Source: an uncultured virus (IMG/VR IMGVR_UViG_3300009703_000012)
Lineage: Duplodnaviria > Heunggongvirae > Uroviricota > Caudoviricetes
IMG/VR virus record: IMGVR_UViG_3300009703_000012
Span: 1 to 64,000 of that record
Reading direction: 5' to 3' (one strand)
Length of the DNA: 64,000 bases
The position numbers were made by a program, and so were the translations under genes. A model generated the notes under the pieces. It ran no database searches. It was not told the DNA's origin and saw nothing but the letters and a program-made list of their open reading frames with translations. Shown here one piece after another: positions 29,485 through 38,165 of this stretch. Within the stretch, counting starts at the first letter, position 1. Every line of letters begins with the position of its first letter.

Positions 29485-30351
29485 TTAAACCTTTAAAAAT
29501 TTTTCTATTAAAAATACATTCAAAAAATCTGTTTCATGCCATTTATCATTCATTTTAAAATTATAGGCTCTTGAATTATGATGGTGATTATTTTGTAGTC
29601 CCATTCCCCCAGTAAATATATTTAACCATAGAGTATTAACTGAACGTTCCTTGTTACCCCACTCATCAGTTTCGAAATTTTTATAACTTCCAATAGTAGA
29701 AATATGTCCAAAAAAATTTAGTAGAGCCAAAGACCAAAAATTAATTACACATGGTATTGCTATAAGAAAGATTAATAAACGAATATCAATTATTGGTAAA
29801 ATTATAATTGGAAGAGATACAATCAACCAATAATAATTATGAGTAAATCTCGCTGGTTTATTCTTCATTAATTCCATAAAACCCCTCTTTTCATGAAACC
29901 ATTCCATGTATCTTTTCATTCTCATTTTATCAATTTCATCGTTATATAATTTTTCATATGCGAATACTGCAGGAAAAACAACTCTAACAAAATCTTTAAA
30001 TTTTTTTATATAATGTGGAGATTGTATATCATGTTTACTATCAGAAAATCTATGATGATAACTGTGTCCAGGACACCATGCTAACATACTACCTCCATAA
30101 TTCCATACAAATAAAATAGACATAAGCCACTGTGCCCACGGATTTGCTTTAAAACTTTGATGAGTATAATACCTGTGAGCGCCTATTTCAGTTCCTATAT
30201 GTCGAATTAAAATGGTTCCTATTAATGTTAACCACAACCAATGTAAAGAAAAAGTTATTATTCCATATACTAATAAAACATGAAAAGATAAATGAATCAT
30301 CATCCCAATAATAATTGCATTTCGTGTCATCTCATATTTAAACATTATCAC
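29485..30351 (-). CDS. Membrane fatty-acid desaturase no. 4
   Basis: HRYYTH, HSYHH, QNNHH. Confidence 0.9.
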   Translation of the reverse strand: MIMFKYEMTRNAIIIGMMIHLSFHVLLVYGIITFSLHWLWLTLIGTILIRHIGTEIGAHRYYTHQSFKANPWAQWLMSILFVWNYGGSMLAWCPGHSYHHRFSDSKHDIQSPHYIKKFKDFVRVVFPAVFAYEKLYNDEIDKMRMKRYMEWFHEKRGFMELMKNKPARFTHNYYWLIVSLPIIILPIIDIRLLIFLIAIPCVINFWSLALLNFFGHISTIGSYKNFETDEWGNKERSVNTLWLNIFTGGMGLQNNHHHNSRAYNFKMNDKWHETDFLNVFLIEKFLKV

Positions 30352-31118
30352 GCCTTTAAAAACTTTTCTATTAGAAAAACGTTCAAAAAATCTGTCTCAT
30401 ACCATCTATTAGACATTTTAAAATTATATCTTTCAGGATGTGCATGATGATTATTCTGCAGACCTTCTCCTAAAGTTAGTATATTCACCCATGTAGAATT
30501 TCGACTTTTATCGTTTGTATCATCAAAATTTCTATATCCATATAAATGCCCTATAGAATTTACCAGCCCCCCAGAATGAAGTGCAAATGCACTTGGAATA
30601 GCAAATAGAAAAACAGATATTCTCCAATCTATCAATGCAAATAAAATTAATGGTGTAGTTACTATAATTAAATAATTTCTATGTAAAAATTGTAAAAATT
30701 TATCTTCTATTAAATCTTGATACAATTTAACATCTAACACTTCAACTCGCCAGTTAGTAAAATAAACATCTATGAAACTCATGTGATGTGGTGAATGGGG
30801 ATCCAATTTAGTGTCTGATTTTTGATGATGTAGTCTATGAAAAGGAATCCAAGCATAGTGTGTTCCTCCATATGCAAAAAGTCCACAAATGGCCATTAAT
30901 TTTTTAGCCCAAGGTTTTGCTTTAAAACTTTTATGTGCAAAATATCGATGGGCGCCAATTTCTACACCAATATGTCTGAAAAAAATAATGCCCACTAAAG
31001 ACAACCACAGCCAATGCCATGATGAATATAACAATCCAACAACAGTTAATATATGAAATAAAATTTGAAATCCAAAATATGCCATCCAGGTATTATTATA
31101 TTTTGAAATGATTTTCAT
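30348..31118 (-). CDS. Membrane fatty-acid desaturase no. 5
   Basis: HRYFAH, HRLHH, GEGLQNNHH; DPHSP. Confidence 0.92.
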   Translation of the reverse strand: MKIISKYNNTWMAYFGFQILFHILTVVGLLYSSWHWLWLSLVGIIFFRHIGVEIGAHRYFAHKSFKAKPWAKKLMAICGLFAYGGTHYAWIPFHRLHHQKSDTKLDPHSPHHMSFIDVYFTNWRVEVLDVKLYQDLIEDKFLQFLHRNYLIIVTTPLILFALIDWRISVFLFAIPSAFALHSGGLVNSIGHLYGYRNFDDTNDKSRNSTWVNILTLGEGLQNNHHAHPERYNFKMSNRWYETDFLNVFLIEKFLKA

Positions 31119-31909
31119 TTTTTCTCCATTAATAATTTTTCGATTAAAAAAACATTTAAATCATCTCTTTCATACCATTTATTTGTCATTTTATAATTAT
31201 ATCTTTCAGGATATGCATGATGATTATTATGTAATCCTGATCCTAAAGTTAATATGTTCACCCATGTAGAATTTTGACTTTTATCAGTTGTTTCAAAATT
31301 TCTATATCCATATAAATGACCTATAGTATTTCCCAATCCCGCAGAATGAAATGTAATTACAACTGGAATAGCAAATAGAAAAACAGGTATTCTCCAATCT
31401 ATTAATGCTGTTATAATCAATGGTATAGTTACTATAATTAAATAATTTCTATGTAAAAATTGTAAAACGGGATCTTTAATTAAATCTGCAAAATATGATT
31501 TATCCACGGGTTCACGATAATACTGGTTCGCACTAGGAAAATACACATTTACAAAATTTAAAAAATGGGGAGAATGAGGATCATCAATTGTATCTGATTT
31601 TTGATGATGTAATCTATGAATTGGAATAAAAGAATATGGCGATCCTTGATATAAAAAAAGTCCACATATAATCATTAATTTTTGAGCCCAAGGTTTTGCT
31701 TCAAAACTTCTATGAGCATAATATCTATGGGCGCCTATTTCACCCCCTATATGTCGAAATAATATTACTCCAATAAGACTTAACCATAACCAATGCCAAG
31801 AACTATAGACAATTCCTAATGCCGCTACAATATGAAATAATATTTGAAATCCTAAATGAGTATGCCAAGTACTACTATATTTTAAAAAATTTTTCAATAA
31901 TCCAGCCAC
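31115..31909 (-). CDS. Membrane fatty-acid desaturase no. 6 (start uncertain)
   Basis: HRYYAH, HRLHH, HNNHH; DPHSP. Confidence 0.92.
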   Translation of the reverse strand: MAGLLKNFLKYSSTWHTHLGFQILFHIVAALGIVYSSWHWLWLSLIGVILFRHIGGEIGAHRYYAHRSFEAKPWAQKLMIICGLFLYQGSPYSFIPIHRLHHQKSDTIDDPHSPHFLNFVNVYFPSANQYYREPVDKSYFADLIKDPVLQFLHRNYLIIVTIPLIITALIDWRIPVFLFAIPVVITFHSAGLGNTIGHLYGYRNFETTDKSQNSTWVNILTLGSGLHNNHHAYPERYNYKMTNKWYERDDLNVFLIEKLLMEKK

Positions 31910-32633
31910 AAGGATCCCTTTCGTTATCTGTTACTTTTTCATTATATCTTTCAGGATAAGCGTGATGATTATTATGTAAGCCCCCTCCCCATATTAAAAA
32001 ATTAATCCACGTATTATTTCTACTATTATCATCAGTATCAAAATTACGATATCCCCATTTATGAGAAATAGTATTTATTAATAAAGTTGATCCATGAAAG
32101 GTTATTACAGAAGGAATACAAACTAAAAATACAAGTAATCTCCAGTCTAACAAATATAATATTCCAAACATCAATATTATCATATAAAAATAATATTTGT
32201 GTATGTTTTTAACTAATGGATCTTTCAATAAATCCATATACTCTTTTGGATTAGGAGATATAGGATTCCACAAAGTCAACCAGCACTTCCACCATGGTAT
32301 TATATTTGGAGAATGGGGTTCTTCTGGCTTATCTGCATTCATATGATGATATCTATGCAATATAGCCCAAGTCATAGGTGAACCATTACAATTTATTAAT
32401 CCCATAATTTGCAATATAAAATTTCTTATGGGTCCAGTTTTAAAAGATCGGTGAGAAAGATATCTATGAGTTCCTATTTCTCCACCCAACTTACTCAATA
32501 AAAGTCCAATAAACAGTACAATAAACAAATAATATGATGATTCTGTTATAGCATAATAAATTCCTATTATCATTAGAACATGATTCATTAATATTAAAAA
32601 CCATACTTTATATTTGTACGATACCTTTGTCAT
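31875..32633 (-). CDS. Membrane fatty-acid desaturase no. 7
   Basis: HRYLSH, HRYHH, HNNHH; EPHSP. Confidence 0.92.
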   Translation of the reverse strand: MTKVSYKYKVWFLILMNHVLMIIGIYYAITESSYYLFIVLFIGLLLSKLGGEIGTHRYLSHRSFKTGPIRNFILQIMGLINCNGSPMTWAILHRYHHMNADKPEEPHSPNIIPWWKCWLTLWNPISPNPKEYMDLLKDPLVKNIHKYYFYMIILMFGILYLLDWRLLVFLVCIPSVITFHGSTLLINTISHKWGYRNFDTDDNSRNNTWINFLIWGGGLHNNHHAYPERYNEKVTDNERDPCGWIIEKFFKI

Positions 32634-33333
32634 GATAATATGTTACTCCTGTATGAGCCATTTGTATTCTTTTTTTATTCCAAGTAGCATGATCAATTCC
32701 TTTAATAGTATGATTACCAGCATCCATAAACATAATCATACTGTGTCTTTCTTTTTTTGTTTTATTCGTTATTCTATGCGGAGTAGATTTTAATTTATTA
32801 TCTGACCAAATCTGCATAAAATCACCTATATTCACAATCAAAAAATCATCACTAGGATGATTTATTGTTCTCCATTTATCATCATAAAATATTTCATATT
32901 CTTCTACAGGATCACAAACATGAACAAGTGTTAAAGTACCAAAATCACAATGTTCTCCTACTCTTATTGATCCTTTCTGATCTTTATAATATTTAACCAA
33001 TCTCAAAGCATTATCAGAATCAGCATGTTTCATTGCAATAGAATTTGGAGGAACATTTAAAAATTCTTCAATAACATATAAAATTTCACATCCCACTTTT
33101 AAAAATCTTTGTTTAATATTATCACAATTTTTTAATATAATTTTTCTATACCCCTCTTCAGTTTCTTCTAATTCGTTTAATTGTATTTTAAGTTTTTCTT
33201 TAAAAGAAAGTAAACCTTCTTTCATATCTATGAAGGGATGATTAATTACTAAAAATCCCGAATCAATAAAACTAGAAATAATATTTTTATTATTCCATTC
33301 AGAAGGGATTGTATAGTCTAAGGTTTTTATCAC
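32608..33333 (-). CDS. 2-oxoglutarate/Fe(II) oxygenase, IPNS/DIOX-like
   Basis: HCDFGTLTL (HxD), VNIGDFMQIWS, STPHR, RHS (RxS). Confidence 0.88.
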   Translation of the reverse strand: MIKTLDYTIPSEWNNKNIISSFIDSGFLVINHPFIDMKEGLLSFKEKLKIQLNELEETEEGYRKIILKNCDNIKQRFLKVGCEILYVIEEFLNVPPNSIAMKHADSDNALRLVKYYKDQKGSIRVGEHCDFGTLTLVHVCDPVEEYEIFYDDKWRTINHPSDDFLIVNIGDFMQIWSDNKLKSTPHRITNKTKKERHSMIMFMDAGNHTIKGIDHATWNKKRIQMAHTGVTYYHDKGIVQI

Positions 33334-33758
33334 AAAGGATTAACTCCTGTAATAACTATTGCGACCACATAATCTTTTGTATCAGATAAAGAAAGTCTAA
33401 TATCTTGTCGTTTCAAATTCCAATCTTTGGGTTCCATAACACAATGAACAACAGGAAATCTTGCTCCTCTAGCTTTTAAATGTGTATAACTAACATCGAG
33501 TCTCAAATATGGAGATGCAATTGCTTTTGAAAATGCTTCTTTAACACACCAACATTTTGTTAAATATTTTGCAGTTATGGGATTTGGTGCATTTTTCTTT
33601 TCTATATCTGTTAATATTTTATTAACAAATTTATCACCCCATTTATCATATATTTTTTGAATGGGTTCTATTGTTTGTAAATCTATACCCAAGCCATTTT
33701 CTATTGTCATCGACAAAATTCTATTACGAATATCGTGTTTATCTTTTCCCCAAATCAT
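33330..33758 (-). CDS. acpS: Holo-ACP synthase (AcpS-type phosphopantetheinyl transferase)
   Basis: GLGID, F..KILT..E, WCVKEAFSKA, LSLSD..DYVVA.V. Confidence 0.88.
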   Translation of the reverse strand: MIWGKDKHDIRNRILSMTIENGLGIDLQTIEPIQKIYDKWGDKFVNKILTDIEKKNAPNPITAKYLTKCWCVKEAFSKAIASPYLRLDVSYTHLKARGARFPVVHCVMEPKDWNLKRQDIRLSLSDTKDYVVAIVITGVNPL

Positions 33759-34783
33759 ATTTTTTCTAATAATATAACATCAACCTGAAAACCTGGCCCA
33801 TAAGAAATCATAACTGTTTTGCCATCTTTATCAAAATCATGCTGTAAAGTTTTTATTACTGAAGTTGCAGACATATTTCCAAAATTTCGAAATAATTCAA
33901 AAGATGAATCCAAAGCACCTTCAGGTAAATTAAGCCCCTTTACAGTATTTTCTAAAACAATTTTTCCTCCTGGATGACATATCCAATTATTAATAGTATG
34001 ACCTTCAATAAATTCTTTAATTTTATCATTAAATGCCGCAGATGCTTTTGGTATTTCTTGCAATTTAGTTGATTCTACATGATATAATAATCCTTCACTT
34101 AATCCTTGAAGAGTAATATAATCTTCTGTATCTGGTAAAACATATGACACATGTTTATGTAATTTCCATCCTGGTGCATCATTATAATTATCTCCTGCAA
34201 TTAAAATAGCACTAATTCCATCACCAAATATTACAGATCCAAAAACAGTTGTTAATGTAGCATGTTCAGGACACAAATTCATTGAACATAAATCGTTAGT
34301 CATTGCTATAACTAACTTGTCTGGATTACCTTTTAAATATTCATTTGCTATTCCTAAAATATGAGTGCCTCCATTACATGCTAGACCAAACATGGGTATT
34401 TTAATCATTGATTCTGGAAAATTAAATTCTTTTAATATTGTATGGGGAATCGTAGGAATACCAACACCTGTCATAGTAGTTGATGTTAACATACAAACAT
34501 CTTGTGGATTAAATTCCAATTCCTTTACACATTCTAATGATAATTTTATAGCAACTTCATTAAATGTTTTATTTTTTTGAGTAAACGTTTGAGATTTTTC
34601 TCTCATCTCCTCTCGATTATAACAAGCATATCGAGTTTCAACACCCGTTAATGGAAGATATCTATCAAAAACTCTACCCGAATATCCTTTTTCTTCCCAC
34701 CATAATTTTAATTCTGCGGCAAAATCTTTATTATGATGTTCATTTTCAGGATGTCTAGTTGCTATTTGTAACACCTTGCTCAT
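33755..34783 (-). CDS. Type III polyketide synthase (chalcone-synthase-like)
   Basis: Intact Cys-His-Asn triad: FGLACNGG, WICHPGG, FGNMSA; also FGDG and YGPGF. Confidence 0.92.
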   Translation of the reverse strand: MSKVLQIATRHPENEHHNKDFAAELKLWWEEKGYSGRVFDRYLPLTGVETRYACYNREEMREKSQTFTQKNKTFNEVAIKLSLECVKELEFNPQDVCMLTSTTMTGVGIPTIPHTILKEFNFPESMIKIPMFGLACNGGTHILGIANEYLKGNPDKLVIAMTNDLCSMNLCPEHATLTTVFGSVIFGDGISAILIAGDNYNDAPGWKLHKHVSYVLPDTEDYITLQGLSEGLLYHVESTKLQEIPKASAAFNDKIKEFIEGHTINNWICHPGGKIVLENTVKGLNLPEGALDSSFELFRNFGNMSATSVIKTLQHDFDKDGKTVMISYGPGFQVDVILLEKI

Positions 34784-35397
34784 TTTGCCTCCAATGTCAT
34801 TTCTCTTACTCTTCCACTATGATTTAACATAAAGTCTATAGCATCTATACATTCATCTGTACTCAACATTGTTCCAGTTGTTTGCTTAACAGGATCAACA
34901 TCATATAAACGACTTACTACAGTACTTATTCTTGTTGTTCTAGGTGTTTCTACCCAACCAAGTCTTAAATTAGAAACTTTACATCCATGTTTTTTTGCTA
35001 CTTTTTCATGACAGTCTAAATTCATTTTATCAAGAGAAATTTTTCCTACTGAATATCTACTATGACCAATAGGCCATCCATCAGTATCTTTTTCCTGTGC
35101 AATTGAACTTATAGACACAATATGTTTATCGGGTTTATCTGCCCAAACTGAAAAAGAATATAATAATGCATTCGTTTGAGTCCACCATCTCAGATCACTA
35201 TATGCATTATTGATAAAAATATCTGCTTCAGGATCAAACCAATCTTTAATGTCTTGAATATCATGTTGATTATATCTTCTACTGTGACCTTCAACTTCTA
35301 TTACATCTTTATATTTTTGAATATATTTTCCATCATAATATTCAAAAAGTGCTTTTCCTAAACCAGAACTCACACCTGTTATCATCATTTTTTTCAT
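34780..35397 (-). CDS. Short-chain dehydrogenase/reductase
   Basis: TGVSSGLG, FINNA, SISS, YSVGK (YxxxK). Confidence 0.88.
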   Translation of the reverse strand: MKKMMITGVSSGLGKALFEYYDGKYIQKYKDVIEVEGHSRRYNQHDIQDIKDWFDPEADIFINNAYSDLRWWTQTNALLYSFSVWADKPDKHIVSISSIAQEKDTDGWPIGHSRYSVGKISLDKMNLDCHEKVAKKHGCKVSNLRLGWVETPRTTRISTVVSRLYDVDPVKQTTGTMLSTDECIDAIDFMLNHSGRVREMTLEAK

Positions 35398-35398
35398 T

Positions 35399-36523
35399 TT
35401 ACCTCACTAGATCATTGTTTTTCCATTCTCTTTTGGGGAATTTTGGTTGAATATATTTTTTAAAAACCATATTCTGTTCAGCTATAGATTTAACACCAAG
35501 AGTTTCCTGTATGTCTTTTCTCATTTCTTCAAATTGTGTTTTATAAGGCTCTTGGGAATAATAATTATATCCATCAGGAATTAACTGAGCATAATCACAT
35601 GGTTCTCGATAAGCCACTCGTTCAATGGGGGATCCTTGTCTATTATGCAAAGTAATACAATTATCAAAAAGTAATATATCATTATTTCTTTCATACTTGT
35701 GATGATAAGTATATTCATCTACAAATAATTCTTTGTCTAAATCATCTAAAAATTTAGTTCTCTCTACTGTACCAGGAGAATAATGCAGACCTTTTATTCC
35801 TCCAGGGGTTGTAATAACCAGTGGAAGTTCAATCGGTTCAAACGTTTGATTCCAACGAAATGAATCATCTTGATCTTTATTTAATTCAGGAGCAGTTTCA
35901 TAATTTTGATATTTAAAAATAACAGTCATATCATCTAATTCTCTTTTAAAAGAATCTCTTTGCTTTTCGTACCAAGTTGCAGAACAAACAAATCCTGTTG
36001 AAGACCCCACCATTCCTTTTATGCCCATGAGTGCAACACCAGGAGTAAAGCAAAGCGAACCCGCTTCATTAGAATGCCAGCCCAATTCTCCTTCAGCAAA
36101 CATTCCCATACTTCTCCCATTCTCTTTCATACCAGTTATACGAATTAAATGAGAATCAGCAGGAACCTCTTCTTCTGTAAAATTATCCCCTGCCGCAATA
36201 TACCACGTTAAATTTTCTGCATGTCGGCGATCTTCTTCTTCTAAAAGATCACGTTTGAATAATGTATATAAATTAGATATTCCTAATTTTTTTTCATATT
36301 TTTTCTTAATACGATATCCATCTATAACATATGGGGCGCCCCATAAATACATCTTACGTTCAAATTCAGATGGTTGAATATCTACATTTCTAATAATTGT
36401 AACTAAATCTGTAAGATGTTCTTTTCCTAATTGCATCCAATCATTATCAGACATTTCTGCTAATGATACATCATCTATAAATACACCATAGTCACCAAGT
36501 CCTGATATTTTACTTTTTCTCAT
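35399..36523 (-). CDS. TauD/TfdA-like Fe(II)/2OG dioxygenase
   Basis: ELGWHSNE, Y.H.Y..NDILLFDN..TLHNR motifs. Confidence 0.78.
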   Translation of the reverse strand: MRKSKISGLGDYGVFIDDVSLAEMSDNDWMQLGKEHLTDLVTIIRNVDIQPSEFERKMYLWGAPYVIDGYRIKKKYEKKLGISNLYTLFKRDLLEEEDRRHAENLTWYIAAGDNFTEEEVPADSHLIRITGMKENGRSMGMFAEGELGWHSNEAGSLCFTPGVALMGIKGMVGSSTGFVCSATWYEKQRDSFKRELDDMTVIFKYQNYETAPELNKDQDDSFRWNQTFEPIELPLVITTPGGIKGLHYSPGTVERTKFLDDLDKELFVDEYTYHHKYERNNDILLFDNCITLHNRQGSPIERVAYREPCDYAQLIPDGYNYYSQEPYKTQFEEMRKDIQETLGVKSIAEQNMVFKKYIQPKFPKREWKNNDLVR

Positions 36524-36893
36524 ATTGGCTCATTTCATAAACCCCTGTACCTGCTTCTTTATCTTTCTTTAGTTGTTCTAATAATCTGTTTCTAGCTTTT
36601 TCATCATCGCCTGCTTCTTTTTCAAGTTCTTTAATTTTAGCTCCTTGTTTTATTTTTACTTCAACTAAATCATAAAGATCCCTTACAGTAGTTGCTTTTT
36701 GAAATTCTTCAGCATCTAACATAATATCAAATTCATCTTCAATAAGAATCATAGTCTCTAAAATATGAATTGAATCAATATCAAGATCCTGTGCTATATT
36801 TTTTTCTGGTGTAATTTCTGGGAAGGAAAGGCCCATGCCTGCTTCATCAAAAGCGTCTTTACACTTTTGTTCAATTTCTTCTCTAGTAACCAT
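36510..36893 (-). CDS. Acyl carrier protein with charged C-terminal extension (start may be 36926)
   Basis: DLDIDSI phosphopantetheine Ser motif, IEDEFDI, TVRDL; acidic. Confidence 0.88.
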   Translation of the reverse strand: MVTREEIEQKCKDAFDEAGMGLSFPEITPEKNIAQDLDIDSIHILETMILIEDEFDIMLDAEEFQKATTVRDLYDLVEVKIKQGAKIKELEKEAGDDEKARNRLLEQLKKDKEAGTGVYEMSQYEKK

Positions 36894-36909
36894 TATATTC
36901 CTCAATATA

Positions 36910-37893
36910 TTATTGTGCCATATCAAACTCTAGCATTTCACATGCGGCTTCAAAATTTTCATTTGTTTTATCGTCTGGACGACTTACATATGCTTCTCTA
37001 ACATATGCTAATAAATCTGTCAATTGAGATGTATTGAGATTTGAAATGGCAGTAGTGTTTTCGGTATCAATTTCATCAAATATTTTTGATGGTTCAGAAT
37101 ATCTCAAATGAACATTACTTAACTTGATAATATATATGAACTTAGAATAAGTAGAACTTATAAGTTTATTATGTAATGATATACAATTTGATGGCAACCA
37201 ACTTAAACTAGAAATTTGAGAATCATTTGGTCCAGCTATATTACCATCAGGAGTTTGAGCAGTTTCAGTTGTATACCAAGTTTTTCCTTTTTCATCAATT
37301 GCATTAATTAAAATTTTCATTGCGATTTCCCATCTCATATCACTATTAAACCATGATATATCTTTAGAATCCATATAGTCAAGAGGTAATACTGGTGCAT
37401 CATCTACAATAAATGGATCACCACTAACATCAGATCCTCTTTGATATGCAAAATATAAAACTCTATCAGTCCATTGATCTTCGGTTACTGCAGTTTTTAA
37501 ATAATATTCTTTATTTGTTTTTAATATATTTAAAATTTGATCATATTTATCGGATTCGCTTCCATTAGCAAGGTCAGTAATCTTGGAATCATTCTGAGAA
37601 GCCTCCCAATCAGGGCTACCTAAATCTTCATAAAATCCCAATTCTTCTCCTTTAGATCGTTCTTCATTCGTTGTTGATACATATGGTCTCTGACAAGCAA
37701 AGCCCGAAACTCGATCAAGCCATTCGTTTTCTGTAGTTCCATTTTCTAAATAATATTGTTTATTTAATTTTAATAAATCTAAAATTTGATCAAATTTATC
37801 AGGCTCACTTCCATTAGCAAGTGAAACAATTTCGTTATCACATTTTACAGTTTTCCATGTTGAATTTCCAGGTATATCATTGAATGCCATCAT
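36910..37893 (-). CDS. Hypothetical protein with internal duplicated domain
   Basis: Two copies of I..LANGSE.DK.DQIL..LK.NK.YYL....TE..W.DRV..FA.QR. Confidence 0.75.
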   Translation of the reverse strand: MMAFNDIPGNSTWKTVKCDNEIVSLANGSEPDKFDQILDLLKLNKQYYLENGTTENEWLDRVSGFACQRPYVSTTNEERSKGEELGFYEDLGSPDWEASQNDSKITDLANGSESDKYDQILNILKTNKEYYLKTAVTEDQWTDRVLYFAYQRGSDVSGDPFIVDDAPVLPLDYMDSKDISWFNSDMRWEIAMKILINAIDEKGKTWYTTETAQTPDGNIAGPNDSQISSLSWLPSNCISLHNKLISSTYSKFIYIIKLSNVHLRYSEPSKIFDEIDTENTTAISNLNTSQLTDLLAYVREAYVSRPDDKTNENFEAACEMLEFDMAQ

Positions 37894-38165
37894 TTGTCCG
37901 CTAAGTCGTTATATTTATCTCTCATTCTTTGCCAAAGAATTAAGCCCGTTGTTGAAAATTCTATATGATCTGCTAATAATTCCACATTTTTATATGAATC
38001 AAGAGAAACATCAAATCTTGATTTTGTAGAATCTAATAAATCAACTATACGAGAATATTTATTTGAAATATTACTTTCTTCTAATTTTTTTATCTTAGTA
38101 AGAACTGCAATAATATTAATAGAGGATAAATTAACTACTGTCATTTTCAAGTCCAGTTGGTTCAC
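37890..38165 (-). CDS. Hypothetical protein
   Basis: Packed ORF with ATGA overlap to the next gene; start uncertain. Confidence 0.6.
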   Translation of the reverse strand: MNQLDLKMTVVNLSSINIIAVLTKIKKLEESNISNKYSRIVDLLDSTKSRFDVSLDSYKNVELLADHIEFSTTGLILWQRMRDKYNDLADK

